Shown here: positions 1 to 9,260 of the stretch, piece by piece | How positions within the stretch are numbered: position 1 is the first letter of the stretch | How the letters are laid out: each line of letters starts with the position of its first letter | Assembly (NCBI GenBank): GCA_022614695.1 | Contig: JAKEIC010000342.1 | Coordinates: 4,012-68,011 of the forward strand | Direction of reading: 5' to 3' | Origin: Planctomycetales bacterium | Lineage (GTDB): Bacteria; Planctomycetota; JAKEIC01 | DNA length: 64,000 nucleotides | Position numbers and translations under genes: made by a program | Notes under the pieces: generated by a model | What the model saw: the letters and a program-made list of their open reading frames with translations, nothing else | Told to the model about the DNA's origin: nothing | The model's database searches: none

Positions 1-1836
1 GCCCGCGGCCGGGGCCTGGACCTCGGCCACCCGCGGGAGCTCACCGCGGGCAAGGACTTCGTCCCGCTCTCGTTCTCGCCCAAGCGCGAGGTGACGGGCC
101 GGCTGGTCTTCGCGGGGTACGGCGCGCGTGACGAGGAGTCGGGGTGGGACGACTACGCGGGGCTCGACGTGAAGGGGGCGATCGTGGTGCTGCTCCGCGC
201 GGGGCCGAAGGCGCGGCCTCCCGGGGTGAAGCGGCCGCCCGGCGTCATGGCGATGGTCGGCCGGAACCCCGAGGTGCGCGGCCAGGTCCGGAACGCCTTC
301 CGCGAGGGCGCCGCGGGGGTCCTCCTCGTCGAGAGCCCGCGCGTCGAGGGGGACCGGCTCCCGCCGCTGGCCGGGCGGGCCGAGCCGGGCGAAATCCCGT
401 GCGCCGTGGTCCGGCGCGCGGTGCTCGCCCCGGTCCTCGAGGCGGCCGGGCTCGACCTCGCCGCGTGGCAGGACGCCTCCGACGGGAAGAAGTCGCCCGC
501 GTCCCACCCCGACCTCCACGCCGAGGCGACCCTCGCGACCGAGGTGCGGCGCGTCGAGGTGATCGGCCGGAACGTGGTCGGGATCCTCGAGGGGTCGGAC
601 CCCGCGAAGCGCCGGGAGTTCGTCGTGATCGGCGCCCACGCCGACCACGTGGGCCGGAACGAGGCGGGAGGCGCCGCCGACGGGAACGACGAGATCCACA
701 ACGGGGCCGACGACAACGGCTCGGGGACGGCGGGGCTCCTCGAGATCGCGGAGGCCTTCGCGACCTGCGCGGTCCGCCCCGCGCGCTCCGTCGCGTTCCT
801 CTCGTTCACGGGCGAGGAGCTGGGGCTCCTCGGGAGCTACCACTGGGTCCGGAACCCACTGATCCCGCTCGCCGACACGGTCGCGATGGTCAACCTCGAC
901 ATGATCGGCCGCTCGCGGGAGGGGAAGTGCTCGGTGGAAGGGAACGTGACCGCCGAGGCGTTCCCGGACCTCGTCCGGGGCCGGAACGCCGGGATCGGGC
1001 TCACGCTCTCGTTCCCGAAGTCGGTCCGCCCCGACTCGGACCACTGGCCCTTCATCGAGAAGGGGATCCCGACCATCATGTTCTTCACGGGCCTCCACCC
1101 CGACTACCACAAGGCGACGGACGACTGGGACAAGATCAACGGCGAGGACGCGGCGCGGGTCGCCCGGCTCGCGTTCCTCTGCGCGGCGGACCTCGCCTCG
1201 CGGCCCGAGCGCCTCGCCTACGTGAAGCCGAAGGGGGGGATGTTCGCCCCGCAGGCTCCGCGCGGGGGGGTGCGGCTCGGGATCTTCAGCGACCAGGACT
1301 TCGAGGGGCCGGGGATCCGGGTGACCCAGCTCGTGCCCGGCGGCCCGGCCGAGAAGGCGGGCCTCAAGCCGGGCGACGTCGTCGTGAAGCTGGCGGGCCG
1401 GGAACTCAAGGAGATCGCCGACCTCCACGAGGCGCTCGGAAAGCTCAAGTCCGGCGACACGAGCGAGGTCGAGGTCCGGCGGGGGGCCGAGACACTCGCT
1501 CTCAAGATCGAGTTCGCGGCCGCCGCGGGGGCCGCGCCGGCGCCCGCCGACGAGCAGCCGAGGCCGCGCCTCGGGTTCATGCCCGACTACGGGTTCGACG
1601 GGCCGGGCGTGAAGGCGACCGAGGTGACGCCCGACATGCCCGGGTCGCGGGCCGGCCTCCAGGCAGGCGACATAGTCCTCAAGCTCGGGAACCTGGAGGT
1701 GAAGGGCCTCGAGGACTTGATGATGGCGCTCGGGGCCCAGAAGCCGGGCTCCACCGTCGAGGTCGTCGTCCGGCGCGGGGAGAAGACGGAGACCCTGAAG
1801 GTCACCTTCGACGGGACGCCCCCGAAGGACAAGTAG
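1..1836 (+). CDS. M28-family metallopeptidase with PA-like domain and two C-terminal PDZ domains (5' end outside window)
   Basis: The frame is open from nt 1, so the ORF-track GTG at 91 is internal. M28 blocks are present: GAHADHVG, DDNGSGTAGLLE, FTGEELGLLGS, NLDMIG. Two PDZ-like segments follow: GIRVTQLVPGGPAEKAGLKPGDVV and GVKATEVTPDMPGSRAGLQAGDIV. Confidence 0.85.
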   Translation, partial: ARGRGLDLGHPRELTAGKDFVPLSFSPKREVTGRLVFAGYGARDEESGWDDYAGLDVKGAIVVLLRAGPKARPPGVKRPPGVMAMVGRNPEVRGQVRNAFREGAAGVLLVESPRVEGDRLPPLAGRAEPGEIPCAVVRRAVLAPVLEAAGLDLAAWQDASDGKKSPASHPDLHAEATLATEVRRVEVIGRNVVGILEGSDPAKRREFVVIGAHADHVGRNEAGGAADGNDEIHNGADDNGSGTAGLLEIAEAFATCAVRPARSVAFLSFTGEELGLLGSYHWVRNPLIPLADTVAMVNLDMIGRSREGKCSVEGNVTAEAFPDLVRGRNAGIGLTLSFPKSVRPDSDHWPFIEKGIPTIMFFTGLHPDYHKATDDWDKINGEDAARVARLAFLCAADLASRPERLAYVKPKGGMFAPQAPRGGVRLGIFSDQDFEGPGIRVTQLVPGGPAEKAGLKPGDVVVKLAGRELKEIADLHEALGKLKSGDTSEVEVRRGAETLALKIEFAAAAGAAPAPADEQPRPRLGFMPDYGFDGPGVKATEVTPDMPGSRAGLQAGDIVLKLGNLEVKGLEDLMMALGAQKPGSTVEVVVRRGEKTETLKVTFDGTPPKDK

Positions 1837-1841
1837 TCCGG

Positions 1842-2933
1842 GTGGAGAAGGTCCGGATAGACCCGGACATCCGGCGGGCGGCGACGCTCCCGGCGCGGGT
1901 CTACCGGGACCCCGAGGCGTTCGCCCTCCAGCGCGAGAGGCTCTTCCCGCGGGCGTGGCACCTGGTGGGGGACGCGGCGCTCCTGCGCGAGCCGGGGGAC
2001 CGGATGCCGGTGACGCTCCTCCCCGGGGCGCTCGACGAGCCGCTCCTCCTCGCACGCGGGAAGGACGGACGGGTGCGGCTCCTCTCGAACGTCTGCACGC
2101 ACCGCGGGAACGTACTCGTGACGGAGCCCGGCCGGGGCCAGGACATCCGGTGCCGCTACCACGGGCGGCGATTCGGCCTGGACGGGAAGTTCCTCTCGAT
2201 GCCCGAGTTCGCGGAGGCGGTCGGGTTCCCGAGCCGCTCCGACGACCTCCCCGAGGTCCCGCTCGGCGAGTGGGGCCGGTTCCTCCTCGGATCGCTCGCG
2301 CCGGAGGTGGCGGCCGAGAAGCTCCTCGAGCCGATCCGGGCGCGGGCGGGCTTCGTTCCGCTCGAGAAGCTCGCCTTCGACCCGAAGGGCGCGCGCGATT
2401 ACGAGGTGGCGGCGAACTGGGCGCTCTACCTCGACAACTACCTCGAGGGGTTCCACATCCCCTACGTCCACGCCTCGCTGAACGAGGCCCTCGACTACGC
2501 GGCCTACGCGACCGAGCTCTCCGAGTGGGGCGTCGTCCAGGTGGGCGTCGCGGCCGCGGGCGAGCCGGCCTTCGACCTTCCGGCGGGGCACCCCGACGTG
2601 GGGAAGCGGATCGGCGCCTACTATTTCTGGCTGTTCCCGACGACGATGTTCAACGTCTACCCGTGGGGCATCTCGGTGAACGTGGTCCAGCCGCTCGCCC
2701 ACGACAGGACCCGGGTCTCGTTCCTCCCCTACGTGCTCGACCCCCTGAAGCGCGGCGTCGGCGCGGGCTCGGGCCTCGACCGCGTCGAGCGCGAGGACGA
2801 GCAGGTGGTCGAGTCCGTCCAGCGCGGGGTGCGCTCGAGGCTCTACGACCGCGGCCGCTACTCGCCGACCCGGGAGACGGGCGTGCACCACTTCCACCGG
2901 CTGCTCGTGCGGGGGATGGGGATGGAAGGGTAG
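1842..2933 (+). CDS. Rieske [2Fe-2S] non-haem-iron oxygenase, alpha-subunit-like
   Basis: Rieske motif CTHRG...CRYHG plus a catalytic-domain-like C-terminal part (NYLEGFHIPYVH). The GTG at 1842 lies just after the upstream stop. The Arg/Pro-rich 5' part of ORF 144..2933 is an overlap artefact. Confidence 0.8.
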   Translation: MEKVRIDPDIRRAATLPARVYRDPEAFALQRERLFPRAWHLVGDAALLREPGDRMPVTLLPGALDEPLLLARGKDGRVRLLSNVCTHRGNVLVTEPGRGQDIRCRYHGRRFGLDGKFLSMPEFAEAVGFPSRSDDLPEVPLGEWGRFLLGSLAPEVAAEKLLEPIRARAGFVPLEKLAFDPKGARDYEVAANWALYLDNYLEGFHIPYVHASLNEALDYAAYATELSEWGVVQVGVAAAGEPAFDLPAGHPDVGKRIGAYYFWLFPTTMFNVYPWGISVNVVQPLAHDRTRVSFLPYVLDPLKRGVGAGSGLDRVEREDEQVVESVQRGVRSRLYDRGRYSPTRETGVHHFHRLLVRGMGMEG

Positions 2934-2935
2934 CC

Positions 2936-3904
2936 TCAGCGGACGCGGTTTTTCGGCTCCTCCCCCCTCAGAACCCGCACGAGGTCCTCGGCGGCCATCA
3001 CCGCCATCATCGAGCGCGTCTCCTCCGTGGCGCTTGCCACGTGGGGGAGGAGGACCACGTTCTCGAGCTTCGCGAGGCCCGGGGCGAGCTTCGGTTCCCG
3101 CTCGTAGACGTCGAGGGCGGCCGCGCGGAGCTGCCCGGCGCGAAGGGCCGCGACGAGCGCCTTCTCGTCCACCACCGGGCCGCGCGAGGTGTTCACGAGG
3201 ATCGCCGTGCGCTTCATGAGCGCGAGGCGGCGGGCGTCGAGGAGGTGGCGGGTCTCGTCCGAGAGGGGGACGTGCACGGTGACGAAGTCGGAAGCGCGGA
3301 GGAGGTCGTCCAAGTCGGCGCGCTGCGCGCCGACCTCCCGCTCGAACTCGGGCTTCGCGTTCCGCGACCAGTAGAGGACCTCCATCCCGAGCCCGTCCGC
3401 GCGCCGTCCCACGGCCTGGCCGATGCGGCCGGCGCCCACGATCCCCAGGGTCTTCCCCGCGACGGCGACTCCGAGCAGGAGCGTCGGCCCCCAGGCGCGG
3501 AACTTCCCCGCCCGCACCATCCGGTCCCCCTCGGGGATCCGGCGGGCGGCAGCCAGCAGGAGCGCGATCGCGCACTCGGCCGTCGCCTCGGTCAGCACCC
3601 CGGGCGTGTTCGTGACGGCGATCCCACGCCGCGCGCAGGCCTCGAGCGCGACGTGGTCGGTCCCGACCGACATCGTGGCAACGACGCGCAGCCGGTCCGC
3701 AGCGGCGATCACGCGCGCGTCCATCGGGTCGGTGAGCTGGCAGAGGACCCCCTCCCGCCCGGGGACGAGCCGGAGGAGTTCCGGGCGTCCGGGAGGGTCC
3801 TGCGACTTCCGGACCTCGAACGGGATCCCGGAGTCCCGCAGAACCCGCAGCCCCGCCTCCGGGATCGCCCGGGTGGAGAGGATCGGCGAGGCCGGCCGGC
3901 TCAT
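2936..3904 (-). CDS. D-isomer-specific 2-hydroxyacid dehydrogenase (glyoxylate/hydroxypyruvate reductase-like)
   Basis: NAD-binding GxGxxG (GIVGAGRIGQAV) and family-typical blocks (VTNTPGVLTEATAE, LVNTSRGPVVDE, LDVYEREP). The start overlaps the upstream stop (ATGA at 3901-3904). Confidence 0.9.
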   Translation of the reverse strand: MSRPASPILSTRAIPEAGLRVLRDSGIPFEVRKSQDPPGRPELLRLVPGREGVLCQLTDPMDARVIAAADRLRVVATMSVGTDHVALEACARRGIAVTNTPGVLTEATAECAIALLLAAARRIPEGDRMVRAGKFRAWGPTLLLGVAVAGKTLGIVGAGRIGQAVGRRADGLGMEVLYWSRNAKPEFEREVGAQRADLDDLLRASDFVTVHVPLSDETRHLLDARRLALMKRTAILVNTSRGPVVDEKALVAALRAGQLRAAALDVYEREPKLAPGLAKLENVVLLPHVASATEETRSMMAVMAAEDLVRVLRGEEPKNRVR

Positions 3905-5082
3905 GGCCGGAGCTTTTTCATCGCCCGCCCGATCGCCGCCATCCCGCCCGCGATCGTCTCGTCGGAGACGGCGAACGAGAGGCGGAAGTGGCCCGGGCAG
4001 CCGAAGCCCCTCCCCGGGACGACGAGGACCATCTCGTCAACCAGCCGCTCGATGAACTTCGTCTCGTCGGGGAGGGGAGACTTCGGGAAGACGTAGAAGC
4101 CGGCCTCCGGCGTGACGAACTCGATCCCCGCCTCGCGGAGCCCGCGCCCGACCGCCTCGGCCTTCGCCCGGTACTCGGCCCGGCCGACCGACTTCCCGAG
4201 GAGAGGGAGGAGCGCCCGCTGCATCGTGGCGGGGGCGTTCACGAACCCGAGCGTCCGCGTCGTGAACGTGATCGCGTCGGCGAGCCTCGGCTCGTCCACG
4301 CCCGGGTGGATCGCCACGACGCCGATCCGGTCCCCGGGGATCGAGAGGGCCTTGGACCAGGAGTAGACGAAGAAGGAGTTCTCGTAGTACGAGGCCGGCG
4401 ACGGCACGGGACGGTCCCCGAACGCGAGGTCGCGGTACGGCTCGTCGGAGAGGAGGTAGACGGCGCGTCCGAGCCCCTGCGAGGCCGCTCGCAGCAGCTC
4501 CCCGAGCGCCCGGCACTCCCTCTCGGTGTAGACCCGCCCGCAGGGGTTGTTCGGCGTGTTCACGAGGACGGCCGCGGTCCGGGGGCCGACCGCCTTCTCG
4601 ATCCCCTCGAGAGGGATCCCGAACCCCGGGACCGCCGGGACCGTCACCGAGACGCCGCCGTGGTTCGCGATGTAGAACGGGTACTCGACGAAGAACGGGG
4701 CGAGCATGAGGACCTCGTCCCCGGGGGCCAGGATCGCCTTGAGCGTCGCGTTGAGAGCCCCGCCCGCGCCGACGCTCATGACCACGTCGCGGGCCCGCGC
4801 CGCGAAGACCCCCGCCTTCTTCACCCAGGCCGCGACCGCCTCGCGGACGTCGGGGAACCCCGCGTTCGGCATGTAGCGGTGGTGGCCGGTGCCCCGCTCG
4901 CGCGCGAGGTCGCCGAGGGCCTGGAAGAACTCCTCGGGCGGGTCGAGGACCGGGTTCCCGAGCGAGAAGTCGTAGACCTTGTCGGCCCCGTGTTTTTGGC
5001 GCAGCTCCTGCCCCCGCTCGAACATCCGGCGGATCCAGGAGGCCCCCTCCATGGCCGCGGAGATCTGCGGGGAGAGGGGCAC
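3901..5082 (-). CDS. PLP-dependent class I/II aminotransferase
   Basis: Aminotransferase blocks are present: NPCGRVY, and YSWSKALSIPGDRIG with the Schiff-base Lys. The full-length ORF has normal composition. Confidence 0.9.
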   Translation of the reverse strand: MPLSPQISAAMEGASWIRRMFERGQELRQKHGADKVYDFSLGNPVLDPPEEFFQALGDLARERGTGHHRYMPNAGFPDVREAVAAWVKKAGVFAARARDVVMSVGAGGALNATLKAILAPGDEVLMLAPFFVEYPFYIANHGGVSVTVPAVPGFGIPLEGIEKAVGPRTAAVLVNTPNNPCGRVYTERECRALGELLRAASQGLGRAVYLLSDEPYRDLAFGDRPVPSPASYYENSFFVYSWSKALSIPGDRIGVVAIHPGVDEPRLADAITFTTRTLGFVNAPATMQRALLPLLGKSVGRAEYRAKAEAVGRGLREAGIEFVTPEAGFYVFPKSPLPDETKFIERLVDEMVLVVPGRGFGCPGHFRLSFAVSDETIAGGMAAIGRAMKKLRP

Positions 5083-5148
5083 GGGGCGGAGAAGTCTACC
5101 CGGCGGAGGCTCGACGCGGCGACGCGGCGGAAGGGCCGCCGTTGGTTG

Positions 5149-5499
5149 CTACTTCTTGTCTCCCTTACCCTTGGCCGGCGCCGCCGCGGCGCCCTTCCCG
5201 GCCGGAGCCGCGCCCTTCCCCGGAGCGGCGCCCTTGCCCGCCGGCGCCGCCGCGGCCGGGGCGGCCGCGCCCGGGGCCGCCACCGCGCCCTCGGCGCCCG
5301 GAACGGCCTCGACCTCCTTCGCCGCCTTCTTCTTCGCCTTCACCTTGAGCCGGGCCTTGACCTTGGGGAGCCCGAAGATGGATCGCCCGTCCTTCCAGAG
5401 CCCGTCCGTCATCAACTTGGCGATGCGCTCGGACCGGCTGAGGACGTTCCGCGACCGCTTGAGGGCGGTGGTGACCTGGAGGCTCTTGTGGATGGACAT
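5149..5499 (-). CDS. small basic protein with Ala/Lys/Gly-rich tail
   Basis: The N-terminus MSIHKSLQVTTALKRSRNVLSRSERIAKL resembles the 'small basic protein' family I recall from Planctomycetota/Verrucomicrobiota. The C-terminus is an AKG-rich, histone-H1-like low-complexity tail. TATAGT lies 12 nt upstream of the ATG. Confidence 0.55.
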   Translation of the reverse strand: MSIHKSLQVTTALKRSRNVLSRSERIAKLMTDGLWKDGRSIFGLPKVKARLKVKAKKKAAKEVEAVPGAEGAVAAPGAAAPAAAAPAGKGAAPGKGAAPAGKGAAAAPAKGKGDKK

Positions 5500-5566
5500 G
5501 GAGGGGGCGGAACTATAGGAGCCCCGTCCGCCGCCGTCAACGCCCCGCCAGGCGAGGGCGCGTCAT

Positions 5567-5593
5567 TCGCGCGCGCCTCTCTGTTGCGCGCGA
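5567..5593 (-). terminator. GC hairpin downstream of the 5611..6441 gene (8-bp stem tcgcgcgc/gcgcgcga, 11-nt loop)
   Basis: The inverted repeat was read directly from the sequence. There is no U-tract, so this is weak. Confidence 0.2.
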
Positions 5594-5610
5594 GCGATGC
5601 GGCCTTGCGA

Positions 5611-6441
5611 CTACTGCGTCCGCTTGAGGACGAACGAGTCGGAGAAGGTGTCGTAGTCGCAGCGGGCCTTCTTGATGTCCCCGAGGACGCCCTTGATGTC
5701 CTGGCCGTTGGCGGAGTCGTAGGCTCCGACCTCCACCACGTAGCTCTTGCCGGACGCGCGGGCGACCGCCGGCTTAAACCCGAGCCCCTCCACATGGGCG
5801 CGGATCTGCTGGGCGCGGGCCTTCCCGGCGGCGTCGCCGGGGAGCGAGATGATCCGGATGACGAACTTGCCGATCGGCGACCTCTCGGCCGCCTCCTCGA
5901 CCTTGGGCGCGGGGGGAGGGGTGGGCGGGAGCGGGCCCGGGCCCACGAGCGAGAGCGGGATCGGCTCGGTCGTGACCGGCGCGGCCGGTCCGGCGGGGGC
6001 GGCGGCCGCGGGCGGAACGGCCGCCTTCGCGATCTCCGCGGGCTTCCCCATCTGCTCGAGGTACACGGTGTCCGGCGCCGCGGCGCCGGGGGACGCGGCC
6101 ACGGCGGGCGTGGCCGGGGCGCCGGCGTTGCGGCCGGCCCGGGCTCCGAGCGTGAACGACACGAGATTGGTCACGAGCAGGCCCAGGAGTCCGGCCACGG
6201 CGAGGTCCATCCGGAACCGCCCCCTCGCCGCGTCGGCCTCTTCCCCCGCGAACAGCCGCGCGCGCTCGGGCTTGGCGACGGTCGTGGGGATCGGCTTCGT
6301 CGAGCCGAGCCCGACGAGCCCGGGGAAGTCGGGGACCGCCCCGGAGAGCCGGATCGGGGCCTGCGGGCTCCCGAGGAGGCCCTTGCCCCTCTTCGGATCG
6401 AGCAGGATGTCGAGGAACTCGCCGGCCTTCTTTCGGGACAT
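5611..6441 (-). CDS. membrane-anchored protein with C-terminal SPOR-like domain
   Basis: ATG at 6441 follows gaagggggg. It has one TM helix (MDLAVAGLLGLLVTNLVSFTLGA), a Pro/Ala linker and a C-terminal alpha/beta segment (KFVIRIISLPG...GKSYVVEVGAYDS) that resembles SPOR. The 5' 900 nt of ORF 5611..7347 is an artefact. Confidence 0.55.
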   Translation of the reverse strand: MSRKKAGEFLDILLDPKRGKGLLGSPQAPIRLSGAVPDFPGLVGLGSTKPIPTTVAKPERARLFAGEEADAARGRFRMDLAVAGLLGLLVTNLVSFTLGARAGRNAGAPATPAVAASPGAAAPDTVYLEQMGKPAEIAKAAVPPAAAAPAGPAAPVTTEPIPLSLVGPGPLPPTPPPAPKVEEAAERSPIGKFVIRIISLPGDAAGKARAQQIRAHVEGLGFKPAVARASGKSYVVEVGAYDSANGQDIKGVLGDIKKARCDYDTFSDSFVLKRTQ

Positions 6442-6523
6442 CGGCACCCCCCCTTCGGGTACGGACACAACGGGGCCATTCCGGTACGGACCCCGGGGGG
6501 TATCGGCTGCGGGGGACGTCTCC

Positions 6524-6877
6524 TTGAGTACACTCCTGCCCGTGCCCCTCCCCCGGTCCGACATCGTGGTCCAGTTCCTCCGCGGCTCCGGCCCCGGGGG
6601 GTCGAACCGGAACAAGGTCGTGACCGGGGTCCGGGTCCGCCACGTCCCGACGGGGCTCGTCGCGATGGCGACCGAGCGGCGCTCACAGGCGCGGAACCTC
6701 GCGATCGCGCTCGACCGGCTCGAGGAGCGGGTGGGGGAGCACGCGCGGCCCAAGGTCCCCCGGGTCGCGACGGCCCCCACGGCCGGCGCGCGCCGGCGAC
6801 GGATCGAGGCGAAGCGTCGGCGGGGGGCCCGGAAGGCGGCCCGGAGGCCGGCGGGCCCCTTGGATGCCGGGGAGTAG
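6524..6877 (+). CDS. RF-1-domain / ArfB-like peptidyl-tRNA hydrolase homologue carrying GGS instead of GGQ
   Basis: The sequence SGPGGSNRNKV(V)TGVRVRH aligns by eye to the GGQ loop (GAGGQHVNK) of ArfB/RF-1 domains. It has a basic C-terminal tail. TTG at 6524 lies 8 nt after ggggga (alternative GTG at 6542). Confidence 0.65.
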   Translation: MSTLLPVPLPRSDIVVQFLRGSGPGGSNRNKVVTGVRVRHVPTGLVAMATERRSQARNLAIALDRLEERVGEHARPKVPRVATAPTAGARRRRIEAKRRRGARKAARRPAGPLDAGE

Positions 6878-6880
6878 AAT
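6875..6880 (+). promoter_or_regulatory. TAGAAT -10-like hexamer built on the upstream TAG stop, 15 nt before the GDPD ATG
   Basis: Read directly: gagTAGAATcctcccgggtccttcATG. Confidence 0.35.
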
Positions 6881-6895
6881 CCTCCCGGGTCCTTC

Positions 6896-7651
6896 ATGTC
6901 CCCTCCCCTCATCCTCGGCCATCGCGGCGCGAGCCGGGACGCTCCCGAGAACACCCTCTCGGCGTTCCGGCTGGCGCTTTCGCAGGGGGCCCACGGGGTC
7001 GAGCTGGACGTCCGGCGCTCGGGGGACGGGGAGCTCCTCTGCCTCCACGACGCCGACCTCGGACGGACGGTGCCGGGGGAAGGCGAGGTCGAGTACACCC
7101 CGGCCGCGACGATCCGGGCCGCCGACGCGGGCGGGTGGTTCTCGCCGACCTTCCGGGGCGAGAGGGTGCCGACCCTCGTGGAGGCGTGCGATGCGCTCCG
7201 GACCGCCCGCCTCGTCATGGTCGAGGTGAAGGCCCCGAAGGACGACCGGGACCTCCTCCTGCCCGGCATCTCCGAGGCGATGGCGGCGTTCCTCCGGGCG
7301 CCGCGCCCCGGGCCCGCGCTCCTCGTCGCGTCGTTCACGGTCCCCATCCTCCGCGAGATCCACGAGGCGGTGCCCGAGGCTCCCCTCGCGGCGATCGTGG
7401 GGCGCGCGATGGGCCCGTCCGAGTGGCGCTGGCTCCTCGGGCTCCCCCTGCGCGCCGTCTCCCTCGGCGACGAGTGGGCGACTCCTGACCGGATCCGGCA
7501 GATCCGGGAGACGGGCCGGGACGTCTACGTCTGGACCGTGGACGACGTCGGGAAGGCCGGGGACCTTCTGGAACTCGGCGTCTCCGGGATCGTCACGAAC
7601 ACGCCGACCCGACTCGTCCGGGGGCTCGCGGGGCGAGATGGGACCGACTAG
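6896..7651 (+). CDS. glycerophosphodiester phosphodiesterase
   Basis: GDPD signature: LILGHRGASRDAPENTLSAF...GVELDVRRSGDGELLCLHD. Confidence 0.9.
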   Translation: MSPPLILGHRGASRDAPENTLSAFRLALSQGAHGVELDVRRSGDGELLCLHDADLGRTVPGEGEVEYTPAATIRAADAGGWFSPTFRGERVPTLVEACDALRTARLVMVEVKAPKDDRDLLLPGISEAMAAFLRAPRPGPALLVASFTVPILREIHEAVPEAPLAAIVGRAMGPSEWRWLLGLPLRAVSLGDEWATPDRIRQIRETGRDVYVWTVDDVGKAGDLLELGVSGIVTNTPTRLVRGLAGRDGTD

Positions 7652-9206
7652 CAGGCTCGGACTCGTCCTCCTCGCGGCTGGCTGCGGGCGGGCAGCCCCC
7701 CCTCCCCTTCCCCCGCCGTCGCCGCCGGCAACCGCGGCCGTCCCCGCCGACGACGGGCTCGTGCAGCCTCCGCCTCCCGGCCCCGTCCTCCCGATGGGGA
7801 TGGCCGGGGACTGGTACCCGGGCTCGGCCGCCGCGTGCGCCGCCGAGGTGGACCGGCTGCTCTCCGAGGCCCCCGACCCGCCGCCGCTCCCCGGACCGCT
7901 CATCGCGCTCGTCCTCCCGCACGCGGGCTGGCGCTTCAGCGGCCGGATCTGCGCGACGGGCGTCAAGGCCGCGCGCGGGCAGGGGATCGAGACCGTGGTG
8001 CTCCTCGGGGTCTGCCATGCCGGGGCGAAGATCGGCCTCCGGGGCGCCGCGATCCACGCCGAGGGCTCGATCGAGACCCCCCTCGGCTACGCCGAGGTGG
8101 ACCGGGAGCTCGCGGGCGAGATCGTCCGCTGGCTCCCGGGAGCCGGCCCCCGGCCCGAGGCCTTCGCGGGGGAGCACTCGGTGGAGGTGATCGTCCCGTT
8201 CCTGCAACGGGCGCTCGGCCCGTCGGTCCGGGTCGTCCCGATGCTCGTCCGGACGGAGTCCCAGGAGGAGACCCACGCCGTCGCCGCGGCGCTCGAGATG
8301 GCCGTGAACGGGTTCCCGCGCCGGGTCCTCCTCGTGGCGAGCACCGACCTCGCGCACGGGGCCCCGAAGGGGCCGAGCGAGGTCTCCGACGCCGAGACGG
8401 TGGCCTCGTGGGGGACGCTCGACCCGCGGGTGATCCACTGGAAGCAGTCCGAGATCCGCGCCCGGACCCCGGACCTCCTCTGCACGATGTGCGGGAACGA
8501 CCCGGTGCTCGCCACCCTCTGGGCCGCGCGGCTCCTCGGCGGGACCCGGGTGACCGTCCTCGAGCGCGGGACCTCGGCCGACGCCCCCGCGGGGAGCCCG
8601 GACCGTGTCGTGGGCTACGCTGCCGCGGCCGTCACCGGGGGCGGCCTCGACCCCGAGGCGCAGAGGGAGCTCCTGCACCTGGCCCGGGAGACGGTCCTGG
8701 CGTCCGTCCTCGGCGAGCCCCGTCCGGAGGCGGACCTCGCCTCGCTCCCGGCCGTCCTCTCCGGGAAGGGTCCCGGCGTCTTCGTGACGCTCCGGCAGGG
8801 GGACCGGGTCCGCGCCTGCGTCGGGGTGCTCGCCTCGGAGCGGCCCCTCGCGAGGCTGGTGGCCGCCCAGGCGGCCTCGGCCGCCACGAAGGACCACCGC
8901 ATCGTCGAGGAGCCCCTCGCGAAGGCCGACCTCAGGCCGGTCGGGGGCGTGAAGATCGAGATCTCGGTGCTCGGCCCGATCGAGCCCGTCCGCTCCCCCG
9001 ACGAGATCATCGCCGGGGTCCACGGGGTCTCGCTCGACCGGGGCGACTCCCACGCCGTGCTCCTCCCGCAGGTCGCGATGGAGTCGCGCTACTCGCGGGA
9101 GAAGTTCCTCGCCTCGCTCTGCCGGAAGGCGAAGATCCCGGACGAGGCGTGGAAGGACCCCGGCACGAGGCTCCGGAAGTTCACCGCGTTCGTGTTCTCG
9201 GAGTGA
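7638..9206 (+). CDS. Memo-like (AmmeMemoRadiSam protein B-like) fused to AMMECR1 domain, with lipoprotein-type signal peptide
   Basis: The N-terminus MGPTSRLGLVLLAAGC carries a lipobox. The Memo-like half contains LVLPHAGWRFSG and VVLLGVCH. The AMMECR1 half contains GVFVTLRQG..RACVGV and GVHGVSLD...AVLLPQVA. Confidence 0.85.
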   Translation: MGPTSRLGLVLLAAGCGRAAPPPLPPPSPPATAAVPADDGLVQPPPPGPVLPMGMAGDWYPGSAAACAAEVDRLLSEAPDPPPLPGPLIALVLPHAGWRFSGRICATGVKAARGQGIETVVLLGVCHAGAKIGLRGAAIHAEGSIETPLGYAEVDRELAGEIVRWLPGAGPRPEAFAGEHSVEVIVPFLQRALGPSVRVVPMLVRTESQEETHAVAAALEMAVNGFPRRVLLVASTDLAHGAPKGPSEVSDAETVASWGTLDPRVIHWKQSEIRARTPDLLCTMCGNDPVLATLWAARLLGGTRVTVLERGTSADAPAGSPDRVVGYAAAAVTGGGLDPEAQRELLHLARETVLASVLGEPRPEADLASLPAVLSGKGPGVFVTLRQGDRVRACVGVLASERPLARLVAAQAASAATKDHRIVEEPLAKADLRPVGGVKIEISVLGPIEPVRSPDEIIAGVHGVSLDRGDSHAVLLPQVAMESRYSREKFLASLCRKAKIPDEAWKDPGTRLRKFTAFVFSE

Positions 9207-9260
9207 CCGTCCGGCAAGGTGCCGTCGGAGCCGGACGATCACTCCGAGATAGTGGGGGCG

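Noticed and set aside
144-7488. Very long ORFs in the track: 144..2933 (5' part), 1587..3575(-), 1955..4096, 3988..7488, and 5611..7347 (5' part)
   Set aside because: Their products are Arg/Pro/Gly/Ala low-complexity. They overlap, in another frame or strand, genes with clear family motifs. This is the expected consequence of very high GC with few stop codons.
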